A stretch of 64,000 nucleotides of DNA from Lophium mytilinum (Eukaryota), in NCBI GenBank assembly GCA_010093605.1, contig MU004192.1, positions 194,882 to 258,881 on the forward strand, read 5' to 3'. Each line of letters begins with the position of its first letter. The first letter of the stretch is position 1. A program made the position numbers and the translations under genes. Below the pieces are notes generated by a model, which did not search any database, was not told where the DNA came from, and saw nothing but the letters and a program-made list of their open reading frames with translations. This document shows positions 14,001 through 26,749 of the stretch, piece after piece.

Positions 14001-15234
14001 GAAAGAAGGTATTATTAGTAGAATTATAATTAGGGTATTTATCTATATATAAATTATTAGGTTATCCTGCTAATACTAATATATTCTATTAGACTTAAGC
14101 TTTAAAATAGGTAATTCGCGTTAAGGCCTATTAGTATTTAGCTTCTAGGTTATTAAGCTAAAGGGTTTAGGCCTAAAAGTTGGCGTACTTTTTATTATAT
14201 AGGCGGCGTACGCAAGCTAACTCTATTTATTTAGACTTAAGTTTATAGTTAAGGGTGCAGACTTAGGTCTAAAGTTTAGTAAGTTTACTATTAGTAAGTA
14301 AATACTTCTTATTTAGCTCTTTAATAGTAGTGTTGGCAGCGTCTTATTCTTATATAGTAATATTTATTTTATACTTATAATTATTACTATCTTAGTAAGC
14401 TATTATAATGCGGTTCTACTACTATTCTAGTATAAGTTAAATGTCTTTAATAAGATTCTATAGAACTTATAGTTTATATTACTAGTAAACGCCTTCTCTA
14501 TAGCGCATCTTAAAGATAGAGCTATTTATATACTAGGTAATTATAAGATATAATTATTAATAATCCTCTACGCGTATTATAGTCTAGTGTCTATTACTCT
14601 ATTCTATGCCCGCTACTTACTAGGCTAGGTTAGAAGTATCTAATCTAGTAATAGATTTAACGCGGGTAGATTAGTATTATAATAGAGATATATTAGGTAA
14701 GGGGATACTATAAATAGATAGTATTCTTAGATACTTAGAGTTACAGGACTAATATACTTTAGAAATAGTATTATAGTACGCTATAGCTTTAGAAGTATTA
14801 ATAGTAACACCTTAATATACTATCTTAAGCTTATTTACTTTATTATCTTTATTATTACTAAACTAATATTTCTCCTCTTAATAGTCTTATTTATTGGCTA
14901 AGTTAAAGTTAGAGGAGAAGCTATTATTATAGGTAGTAGTTATATTATTAAGGCCGGTAGTTATATTATTAAGTCTATTAGATAAATTAAAGTTGCCTAA
15001 TATATAGCTACTAACGCGGGAGAGCATTAGGAATTTCTAAATTAAGAAACGCGCGGAGAATACTAGTTACTTACGTGACCTTCTAGAAGACTACGCATTT
15101 TGCCGCTCCGCGGGCTTTACGCTACTCTATAAAAGTTTGCCTACTTCTTGCGCAAAATTTGCGCGCAGGCTGCGCAGACAATTTTTAATTATAGATAATC
15201 TAGCATTATGGGCAATTATTACAGTCAATAACTA

Positions 15235-18200
15235 CTTTATAGTCCTTATAAATGTAGCTATCCACCTCCTCTATCTAACCTTCTAAAACTGCCTAATCCG
15301 CCTGGGTTGCAGATAGATAGATAACAACGTAGATGGGGCCTTATACACTAAATACATAATTATCGCGTGCAGTAGAAAATTTAAAGTTGCACTAGTATAT
15401 CTAGTTGTCCCTTCTTACTACCTCCGCTAGGGCTTTATAGTCTACGGCAACTTTGCATGTATTATAGACTTTACGCGTTGCGTAGATAGTAATGCCTGTA
15501 TATATTTCTAAGGATTGCGTAACTATTACTAACCTTAATAATTTTAATATCCTAGTAGACTATTAGAGCTAGCAACGCGTGCGCTAGACGTCCGGGCTAG
15601 GGAATAGCACGCGACATGCATGTTGCGCGTTAGATAGTAGACTATATAGTAATTTAGGACGCATCTAATTACGGTATATATATTGCAAAATAGAAAGATA
15701 ACGCTAAGCATAAGATAGAGCCTACTTACACCCTATTTACTAATTCCATGCTACTATTCCTTATCCCTAATACTCTTAAGCAACTCAACAACTAGCCGCA
15801 GGCTTTCTTCTCTAGAATCCTGTGCCTTAACGCAGGCAGCTATAAACTTTTAATATTAGTCCTTATTAGATACAATTATAGTATTATTTTTATACCAGCC
15901 GCATTTATCTTTCTTTATATAGAACTGCTGCCTAAATTACGCAAATAAGAGATTAAGAGGGCACCGCTTCTAGCAGTCCTTTATTTTAATACTCTCCTTG
16001 GCCTCCCTATAAATTAGAGCTAAGCGGTATAAGTTATTATCAGTAAGGGGCTCTATATTATTAATCTTGTTATTCTATAGTTAATATAATTAGTATATTA
16101 TGCTTTAGCTCTCTACCTTATGCAATTACCTACACTGTCCACAATATCTAATAAAGTGTCCCTAAGGGGGGGGCTAGATAGAATTAAACGCGGTAAGGAC
16201 GAGTACCTAGAGTTAAATAGTTGTACTTCACTCTTAATGCGCTTTATTAGCGCACGTGTCTTCTCGCGTCAGTTAATAAGGTTCCGCTGCCGATCCCGCT
16301 CCTTTGCTTCCATTCTCGCCACCCTCGCGGTAAAGGCCTATTATTGTTCCAGTGTCATATCTTTAGTTAAATTTAATGCGTTGTGGCGGTTAGAGTCATT
16401 ATATATATCCTTGTTGTCGTCTTCTTTATAGTTTATATGCCAACCTACCCGTTTTATAATAAATTCTTGCCAGTAGGATAATAGTTAGTGCTTGCGGCGT
16501 AAGCTAAGTGCCCGCCATTAGGCGAGACATTTATTATAATTTACTACCCTAGCTTATAGTTAGCATAGTCTTGTATAAGGGGGGCGGTAGTTAATACTAG
16601 TAGCGGCGACCCCGTAAATTAGGTTTATGCGCTTCTGGCCCGAGGTATATTCGCTAATGGCGTGGTAGAGGCAAGTACACACATATGTAATAGTATCGCC
16701 TAAGAGGGGGTTAAAAAACTCTTTTAAGTATCTTTATATCCCTAAGGCGTTTATAGACCGTCCTGTAAAGAGTAGGTCTGTAACTACTACCTAGATGGCC
16801 TTAGCTATAAAGATTACTGGTGGCCCCTATAATCTATTAGAATGCTGTCTAACGCTAGGTTAGTAACTAACCTTAGCTTAGTCTTTATCTGCCCTGAAGA
16901 GATAGTTCCAATCCTTTATTAGCGTTAACGCGGTGCCGGCAATATCTAGAGTTATAGAACCGAAACTATAGTATTCTCGCACAATATTATAAGCAACCTT
17001 TATTGCAGTATTACAGAAATAACTAAAAGCGTTATAAATCTAGGTTATATATTATAATTAGCCATTATATAAGGTTATAGGAGTGGGGAGAGAGTAACGC
17101 ACCTTCCGCGCGCAAAAAGGGTCTAGAGTAGTAGGGACGTTAGCTTAAGCATAGAATAGTTAGTCTTTATAGACGTCTGCCTATATTTATATTAGCACTT
17201 GCTAAAATATATCTAGCCTAACACTCTTAGTCTAGGCTATAAGGTTGTTGCCGTATTCTCTAATTACGTTGGTGCCTAACACTATGCTTCTAAGTATCTA
17301 GTATCTTATTTATTCTTCTACTGCCGTGTATTTTACCTCTATAGTTAGTGCTTTAGCATGCCTATCTACGCCATCCCATATCTAAATTATTTTACTGCGT
17401 TATTTTATGCTAAGGAAGCTAATGCGGTTATAGACGGGTGTGCCTCTACCCGTGCCTAAGAAGCGGCTAGTAGAAGAGAAGGATGGTAGACCGCTTAACG
17501 CAAAGGTATTAGACCCAGTTATTTAGTTAACGGCCCTGCGGGCTTCTATCCTAGCCGCTATCTTATCTTGGACCACGGCGGCACCCTAATAGGTATTTAT
17601 TAGTATACACTGCTTAGTAGAGTGGCCGTAATATATATATAAGCTAATCTTACGCTTAAAGTCTATTTACACGCAGAAGTTAGTATTACTAGATTAGGAG
17701 ATAGGCGCGTGCCTGTCCTCGTCCTCTATACCGCGTTTTCTCTTTCCGGCAAGAGATAAGGTGCGGCTAGACGGCCGAGATAATATGGCATTACTATCTT
17801 AGAATGTCCTAGTAGTGCATCCTCTTTTACTTATTAAGTTCTATATATTTGTTATTAGTCGGCAGGCGTTAGAGTTAAGGAAGCTAGGCGCGTTACCGTG
17901 TCGATTAGTTTTAAGGCAGCGCGTTTTTACTTCTTCGCCATCTATAGTTATACGCGTTAGCTGTATATATATTAACGTATACTATAGATAGGGTATATAG
18001 TATAGCACATTTAAGTTATATAGTAAGTCCCTATTTAGGGCAGAGAGAGATAGTCCTATATTACCTTTTACTATGTTTAAGTAGGTAACATTAAGCCTTA
18101 CTAAACAATAGATAGGGGGCGTGTGGTAAAAGAACGTTCTATTTCTTAAGGCAGAGTGCGAGAATAATAACCATAAAGGGAAGTAAAGCAGATTATAATT
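15235..18200 (-). pseudogene. Cargo gene relic, multi-exon, with DUF6532-like domain
   Basis: Reads IFIAKAI*VVVTDLLFTG...EFFNPLLGDTITYVCTCLYHAISEYTSGQ (core at ~16,638-16,686), resembling the DUF6532 pattern AlvctAi..aL.Ew.tG. Several GT..CTAAC..AG-type introns. Ends approximate. Confidence 0.6.
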
Positions 18201-18499
18201 AAGCAGCGTAGAGAGAAGGGAATAAAGGGGGAGCAAGTTGCGCGTTTATTATAACAGGATGTAATAGAGCTAGCCGGATGCGGTCCACATGCGTTAACTC
18301 GGCGTCTTTAGCCAGTTATATACCTCTTCTCTATCCCCCCCTTAATAAAGCCCTATTATCCTATATAATTAAACACTTCTATCTACGCAATTACCTCTCC
18401 TATTATATTGCCTTAGACTAGAGCTTGCACTTGCGCACTTGCGTTGACTTCCACTAATCGCCGCACGCGCGCTGCCACCTCCCGCTATTATTCCTGGAT

Positions 18500-19220
18500 A
18501 GCATCTCCTACGCTGTTAGAATAGTGGTTAGTTAAGAGATTGTGGACTTCGCGTTCTACATTATTAGATAGATGGCTGGCCAAGTTAGAGGCCCTAATAG
18601 AGGTATTAATATTATAACGCGCAGCCGTCCCCTTATCGCTAACTTTATCCCCGGTTAGGCAACCTACTCGGGCGCAAATAACCCGCTAGCTATCTCCTCC
18701 AGCTATAGTATATGTCCCTCTTCTACATTATTAATAATAAACGCCTCTGCCTTCGCCAACTAAATCGCGCAACCTTAAGCTATTGCATCCTCCTCTCTCT
18801 CGGCCTAAAACACCCTCTTTACTACTATTCGGGCCTTCTTTCTACAATTCCAGCCCTCTATTAGTCGCTACGCTGTAAGCAGTTATACACTATATTGCAG
18901 GGTACTCCTCTATAGTAAAGAGGTCCCTAGATAGAAGAATAGAAGGGCAGTCTGCTAGCAGCGAATTCCCCCCCCGTGGGATCTATATACCTGGTTAGGA
19001 CGTTTAGCCGTATAGCTACACTTCTAGTTCTAATAATAGCTATAGTTTAGACAACTCTATACCGCCTATATATAGGGATATTAAGCTATCTATATTCTAG
19101 TCTAGTAAGACAGTATAAGGTTATAATAAGGCCCCGCCTCGGGGTAGTATAGTCCTAGTCTAGTTCCCTCGGCAAGGCGGGCTGTAGAATAGTCTAATCG
19201 CAAATTAGGTTGGCTAGGTA
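18500..19220 (+). pseudogene. Cargo gene relic, Pro/Ser-rich hypothetical protein
   Basis: Frame is open apart from RIP-type stops. Short GTAAGC...TGCAG intron at ~18,875-18,900. No domain recognised. Confidence 0.4.
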
Positions 19221-19389
19221 TATAGACTCTTGCGCTGTCTAAGTTCTCTGCCTTTTATAGTTCCGCACTCTTATCTCTTGTATAACTCTTATATTCTTTT
19301 TAACTTTTTCTACAGCTCTAATTTCTTACTTATTTATCTTATTGCGCAGGTGTTTATAACTAGCAGAGGCTAATATAGGTGTAGGTAGA

Positions 19390-20215
19390 AGGATAGCACA
19401 GTACTAGCTAGGGTAGATAGGTGCGGGGGTGTCGTCTATCTATATTAGCTATATTAATTAAAATCGTCGCATATATCTAATATACTATTTAGCTAAGGCT
19501 TAATAATTAGAGTAATATAGTCCGGTTCTCTTAATAAACTCTAATGCACTATTACTATATGCCAGTCTACCTTATTCTTAACTAGGAACTTAAGATTATC
19601 TATAATATAGTAATATATAGTTTCGCGTCCTATATTAAGACTAAATATTATATTTAACCTAGTAACAAGCATACTAAATTTAGGGGCCGGCATTACTAGC
19701 ACACTCTTTAGCAGCGTGGGTGGTGCAAGTTTATATACTAGTATAATGCGGGCGGCCTTACTACCTAGCCGCTTTACTAATATTAACTTTATTCCTATAT
19801 GCGCTGAACTGCGGTAGTATTTAGGGTGCGGCGAAGTTCTATTTTATTCGGCAGGCGGAGTGTCCATAGAATCGGAATAACAAGACGCGTTAATGTAATC
19901 TCGTCTTTTCTTATTATAGTTGCATCGCTGTGCGAGTTTTAACATCCACTTGTATCCTTCTTTAAGTGGAACGCGCAAAAGCATCTTAGGGAACTTCTTT
20001 ATAATATCTATTATTATAGATTATACTATCCCCCTAATTATCTTTAAGTAGAGGAATCCGCCTAGCAGGTCTACTAACTTTATCTTAGTCTCTATTACGG
20101 TATATAGCGTATTATATTCGCGGGCGCTAATATTAAGGCCCTGCATAAGCTTATTCCTAGAGTCCAGCTTAAGGTTATTAGGCATTAGGGACTAGCCTTG
20201 TTCGTCTAACAACAT
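19390..20215 (-). pseudogene. Cargo gene relic, hypothetical protein
   Basis: ATG at 20,215: MLLDEQG*SLMPNNLKLDSRNKLMQGLNIS...KWMLKLAQRCNYNKKRR. Long frame broken mainly by CAA/CAG-derived stops. Confidence 0.55.
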
Positions 20216-20669
20216 AATAGTTTAACAATTCTCGGGGTGCAGAAGGGGTAGAAAAGGCAAAGTTGGAGTTAGTTTATGTACGTGTTCGGACGATAGAGTA
20301 CCGAGACTAGACTCTTATTGCGTCTGCGTAACCAAATTAGCTACTTTAGCGGTAACTATTTTACAGTAATTAATAGAATACCTATACTGCCTCTTCTCTT
20401 AAGAAGAAACTAAAGCCCCTTCGCATTAACAGCAACCTAGCATTTATTAAGTTGTTGGTGTAAGATCTAGATAGTTTAGTATTGGGCTAAAAATTCTATA
20501 TTTTATGCTGCTGCCTAATATATTTATGCATTTAAGTGTTAGAGATAATTGTAAATAATGCTCTATTATTAACTATTACTATGTAACGGCCCGGTTTATT
20601 TATCTAAATGTATGCTTAGGCGGTGCTCCCTTTTTTATAATTATTAACGTTATTATAGGGCGCCGTTAT

Positions 20670-21530
20670 AATGCTTTAGGGCTTTAGCTAATTATATATA
20701 GTGTAGGAATACTAATATTATAAGAGTATAGGCCTACACGCCTATTTTAGGATACTCTTATTTAATTTATATAATAGCTAGGACTAGGGATATATACTTT
20801 CTCTAGCAACTTAGATATATTAAGAAGCGTAATAAATATAATAGTGTTTTAGAGTATTTTCTAAATTAAGTAGAAAGGTTACAAATAGATAGCGTCTAAA
20901 TTAGCTATAGAGTGGCATGTGAACGTATTATACTATCTTAAAACTAACCTAACTTGTCTCTACATCTAATTAGCCGTGGTGTTGGTAGTATATTAAAATA
21001 TAGGTAGCTAGAAAGGGCTTAGCATTAGTAAGTGTATACTTTTCTACCTGTTTTCTTTTAGCTAGTATGTATATACGGCACTAAATCGTACTACTACAGG
21101 CCTATAGTATACTCTAATTTATAGGCTACTCTATTTAAATCTCTTTATTAGGAATATAAGTAAGATTAGACGCATACTAGCTACTAACATCCTGCGGTCC
21201 AGATTAGAAGGGTAGGATAGAGGGTTCTTGCGACCTTTCTATGCCTTATAACGTGCGAGAATATTACTAACAACACATGCGGGCCTACGGAGCATCAGCG
21301 CCGCTATATAGATATTTACCCATATAATGCTATAGTTTATATCGCTAATACTTAGGCCTTAAATTGCATTTAAGGCTCGCACTGCTAATACCTAAGCCTT
21401 GCAGCAAGTATATAGTTAAGTAGATTATATTAATATTAAAAACGGACAGTCTACAGCAGACCTACTATAGATATAGTATACTTATTAACGCGGCGATTAC
21501 AGGTGTATTATAGAAGTAGAAGTTAGAATA
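20670..21530 (+). pseudogene. Possible cargo gene relic, hypothetical
   Basis: GTAAGT...TTTAG intron at ~21,028-21,061 with coding-like frames on both sides. Heavily interrupted. Confidence 0.3.
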
Positions 21531-21599
21531 GTTTATTTTATAATGTCTGCTATAGAACTATGTGCACTATATAATTAGTGCATTTAGCAGTTACCTTAG

Positions 21600-24500
21600 T
21601 ACTAATAGTTCCTTAGTTTTCCTTCTTTTTTAGTACACTTCGCATAACCTTATACGTAAACTTATTATTATTAACCGCACGGGACTAAGCTAGCGCATCT
21701 GCTGGGTTGTTACCCCCTATATAGGCGAGAATAATGCCGCATGTTCCGTTGGACCTCTAGTTCTTCCGCCACACTCTAGATATAATCTATACCTTAAGGC
21801 TAGATGCAGTCTATGGCTCTATAACTATCACGCACGTGCATTAAAAAGCAAAGTTGGAGCCTTCTACTCCTCTAGTCTTCCGGTTCGCAACTAGAATATT
21901 AACGGCCGCTGGATCATCTTAATTACGCTTAAAGCCGGTATTAAATTGCTCCCGTTACTTAACTATTAGCAATAAATGTAACCATGCGAGCTTTTTAGTT
22001 AGCATAGTCTTTATAATTATCTAGTATTAATTATATTAGTTTATTAGATAATAATCGCCAATTATAGATAGAGATGGGTAGCAACTTATAATGCAGATAA
22101 CTAAATTAACTATAGGCTCCTCGCCGACAATTAGTATCTTCTTCTTCTTAGCTTAAATGTGTCGAACTATGCTCCTAATCTTCTTTAGCTTCCCCGAATT
22201 GGCTAGTAGGTTAGTGTACTGTTTAGTGAGGGTACTCTTAGAGTCTATATAATCTATCTAGCCCGCATTTTTAATGTCTTCTAGAGTAAAGGTTGGGTTA
22301 CTTATTAAGCTAAGCTCTTCCTATCGCGTTTTTAACTTAGCCAGCCCAGGAATTAATACAAAAATCCAGGGCAGCCTCCCCTTGCCCGAGCCCGTTAGGA
22401 AGGCGCCCAGGCTAAAGAAAGGCGGCGGCTTATTAATTGCCGCTCTATACCTTAGCTATTCTTTATACTCTTCTTTAAGGTCTATATATCTCTCTCTAAT
22501 AACCGTGCAGTACTCCTTAATAAAGGGTTTAAAGTAGTTAGGTGTACTAACTATTACCTGCTATATAATATAGAGCGGCATATCCCCTAAGAGAAGGCTA
22601 TCTAGGCTAAGGCTTATTAGCATTCTGCGGATGCTTATAGCTATAATTACATCTAACACTCTCTAGAGACGCCCAGACAATTTAGAATTATTCTATAGTT
22701 ACCGCTCTTTCTCTATTTTTAAGGCAAGGTAGTAACCTCTAGCCCCTATAAGGTCTTCTTAATTAACACGCCGGAGGGTAGGGCCTTAATAAAGAACGTT
22801 AAACTTATCCCCTTTATCTATATCCTCTTCCTCTAACTCCTTATCTAGAAGAGTATTATCCGGGTCGTCTTTAACATCGGCGTCTAAGTTAGTTAGGTCC
22901 GCCGTCTAAGTTGGCGTCTATAAACCTCCGTATAGCATAACTATTAGATATAATAGAGTTTTAGGGCCGCGGAGAAAAGGAGTCCCGCTATAGAATAAGC
23001 CTCCGGGGCAACTGTACGGATCAGCAGCCTTATTAAACCCTTCTAAGTTCCAGCCCCAATAAACCCAATTAAGCGCACGGTTAATATTCGCCCATTTGCG
23101 CGTAGTTAGGCGGAATGCATGCCGACACTATATAGACTTAATATAGCTAAAAGCCGTAATATATAGAGACGTATTATTAAATCCTAGGTGGAACTTGTTA
23201 AAAAAAACGGCCCCACATATATATATAGGGGTTACTTTATCGCCATGCAATAGGTTATAGAATATTATAAAGGTCTCTAGCGAGTTTAAATTCTTATTAT
23301 ATTTTTTATTAAAGGTCTCCGCGCTTATAATAATAAGATAGGTTTTCGCTCTTAGATTTAGCTTATACCACACCCGACCGTTTATTTCTTAGTGGATAGG
23401 CCTAAGGTTCTTCTAGTCTTTAGAAGTAAGGTTACCCTCCGCAATACTTCTATATACACGCCGGATGTAAAGTCTTTCGCCGGGGACCTTAAAATCCTTA
23501 TTCTTGCATTTAACATCCAGCCAGTATTTTGCCTCCTTATAGGTCTAATTTAGCAGACTCTTCTTAGTAAGCTAAATAACGCAGCCTTCAACGCTGCTAG
23601 AACGCGGAGCATTAGTGCTAGCCTCTCTAGCATAAGTAGCGAATGCTATTAATATTTGCAGAGTTTTTCCTATCCTAGGGGGGTCTATAAGAATTAGCCC
23701 ACGCGCCCTGCCGGCGAGACCTTAGATAATGCTGTATGTCCCGGCTACCTAGTATAGGGCCGCACATATCTTTAGGTTAGTAGTTATTCCTAGCAGCTTA
23801 AAGGTTGCGTTACTAGAAAAATTTCTATATATTAGAGGCAAACTAAAAAACTATAGCACCTTCTTAAACGCTGCCACTAAGATATTCTTTATAGAGCTTA
23901 ATGTCAGGGCTATCGCAGCAGTAATATTAACAGCATCTACCTTCTCCGCGTTAGCCGTAATTATCTTGTTTACGTCTATAGAGGGTCTAGTCTCGCTAAG
24001 ACTATATATATTAAATTTAAGCGTGGCCGCGACATTAATGCTGCTAATTGCTATATCCCCCGCGACTTAGGTATTGCTGGGGATAGTCTAGCCGCTCTCT
24101 ATAGCGACCGCAAGCGCATAGAGTTGTTTTTAGGCAGTTAGGTACTAAGTAGTCCTAGGCCTAAGCGCCCTAAGCTACTATATAACCTTATTATAGACAA
24201 CACTAGGCTAAATAGGATCGCGCATTAACTTAGCATATAGCTAGATAATGTCGAGCATCTATTAGAGTAGTCGCGCTTTCTTCTCTATTTATAGCTTCTG
24301 TGCCTTCTTCTCTACTAGTAGTTTCTACTTTCTTTATTCCTCTTGCTCCACCGCCTCTTCTAGCTGTTCCTGCCTCTTTACTTTCTCTTTAGTCGCGGTC
24401 TCGGCCAGCTCTCTCTCCTTCTATTCTGTCTGCTTCTTAGCCTTCTCCACTATCGCTGTATCTACTAGCTCTCTCTCCTTTATCTCTTTCTCCTTTATTT

Positions 24501-26007
24501 CTTTCTCCTTCCTTTCTTTCTCTACTTTCGCTGTTTCTGCCAGCGCTTTCTCTGCCAGCGCTTTCTCCGCCAGCTCTTTCTCCACCAACTCTTTCTCCTT
24601 CTTCTCTTTCTCTTTCTTTTCTCTCTCTGCTTTCGCTGTATCTGCCAGCTATTTCCACTTCTCCCCTTTATCCTGCTCCGCGGTGGAATTAACTCTATCT
24701 ACATCGGCCACATGTACGTATAGACTTATAGTTAAGTTAATAATTATTTTATCTAGAGCGTTGGCGGCGGTGGGTTTAGGTAGACCCTTAGCCGCGGCAG
24801 CCTTAGGCTTACTATAGCGGGGGCGTTTCTTAGCCGGGCGGATACTAGGGGGCGAGGACTTAAGAAAGTGCGGACCTAGCTATGCATTAGTTAGTGGTAA
24901 TGTTTAATAATCAACAATAATTAACGTACGTCTAGTCTTAAGTTTAGACATCGCCTCCCTAATATTAAGGCCCTTTACTGTAAAACTAAGCACTATCTCT
25001 TTAGGTATACTCTTTATTTCCTCTAATAGCGTAGTTAGATGGAAGTTGTTCTCTATTAACTCCCAGGTTCCATTAACTACAACAACGTGCTCTAGAGGGT
25101 TGAAGTCTGCGAAAGTTCCGTTAATGGCTTCTAGAAACTTTGCAAAGCTATAGTCTTCCGGCTCTAGGCCTTTGCCGCTAGACCTTACAAGACGGAGAGT
25201 AAAAAGGCGTCCAGTGCTTTCCCGCTGCGGCAGCTAGTATATTATAGCGAGGACCGCGTGCAACAGCCGGGGCTTAAATAGGGTATTTTAGGCAGCGACA
25301 TCTAGGGATTTTATTAGAGAGCTAAGGCCTGCTAATGCAACCAACTTCGCGGATAAGGCCGACTTAGACCGCTTCCGCTTCTTATTACTTTTAATAATAC
25401 TGCCCCGTATCTTATATTTCTTATAGACTTTATACTAGATTAATATCTAATACGCTCGCTTCTACTTAGCTAATATAGAAGACTTCTTAAATATGCAACT
25501 CTATATATCTATAAAAAGTGTATATATTTTAGACTAAGCATCTAAGTAGGCGTTATTCTTACTATAGTTATTTTAGCCTAGTTGCAAGAGACGTTTTACC
25601 TGTAGGTACGCTTCGGAGTTCTCTATTAGCATAAATAAGTTAGCTTCTATCCAGCGCTACACCTTAGAAGCTAGACCCAAGCCGGCCATAATATTTATTT
25701 AACTTAAGTAGCCTTTAGGGTTCTTAGTAAAATTAGATGCCGCCTTGCTCTGCATAGTTGTGTTGCGTAGCAGGTCTACTAGGGGTGTTACAGCCTTCCC
25801 CCAAGCAGGTCTAGAGCGTTGGCAGCTGCTGCGGGGAGGCCGGCGGCTGCGGCGGTTATCTAGCTTATCTAGCTCTGAATTGCTATTATAGTCTACTTAA
25901 CTAGAGTCTATGCTTAACGACTATTTATCTAGGTTAAACTCCTTGTTATTTTAATCGTCGGGGAGGCGTTGTTGGCGACTAGTGCGTTGACCCGATCCTT
26001 TAGCCAT
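21600..26007 (-). pseudogene. Cargo SNF2-family (SWI2/SNF2) ATPase/helicase relic with long N-terminal extension and E/R/K-rich linker
   Basis: Motifs in order: LY*VAG, GLILIDPPRIGKTLQ (Walker A, 23,656-23,700), VFFNKFH (=DEFH, ~23,188-23,208), YSGTPF (~22,975-22,992), SIRR, SGKLKKI, KKILIVGE, ILVANRKTRGVEGSNF (~21,850-21,900), *IISRVWRKN* (=QxxxRxxRxxQ, 21,757-21,789). ATG at 26,007. Introns near 24,880-24,930 and ~22,020-22,090. Confidence 0.88.
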
Positions 26008-26749
26008 GTCGGGCGAACGAGATAAGGAGTTAGGGTGTAAGGAAGGCAGATAGGAGGGGGCAGGGTTAGTAGATGGAATGGCGTTGTGCGGCGATGCGGG
26101 CGAGGGCGGGCGGGAGGCTAATAATATTAGATAAACAGCGATAGTAAGTAATAAGTAAGGTAGTTACTTACCTGCAAAGTTATAATAGTAGACGCCACTC
26201 GCAGTGCAATTAACCTTGGGATCGCGCGCGTTAAAAAATAAGGTAACCGTAGTAGAAGATGTATAAATCCGCGCGCGCTAGTAATAGGAGCAGCTACTCT
26301 TAGTTGTACTTTTAAATAGGTACAACGTCTATTAAAGAAGTACTTATAGAGCGGTACTAGAAATACAGCAAGCGCAGGTAAGCCTAAGGCGTAGAGAAGA
26401 AAGTTAGCGTATAAGGAAGGGAGGAGAAGAAGGAGAGAGAGAGGGAAGAAAGAGATGGAGGAGGAGGAGGATGAGGGAGGGAAGATAGGTAAGAATAGTA
26501 GATAAGAATCAGAATTAAAAGGCCGGACAGAAGGTAAAGTTTAAAGTGGCGCACGATTAAGTGCGTAATTAGTAAACGGGCCGTGTTATAATATAATAGA
26601 AGTAAAGAGTTATATAGCTTAAAAAACTCCACCACCCGATAATTAGTAATAATTGGCCTCTACCTTAATATTTATCTACACCTATTAGCTTTTAGTAACG
26701 CTCAACAGATTAGCAATAACTTCTACCTAATATTGCCTTCTACTTGCCC

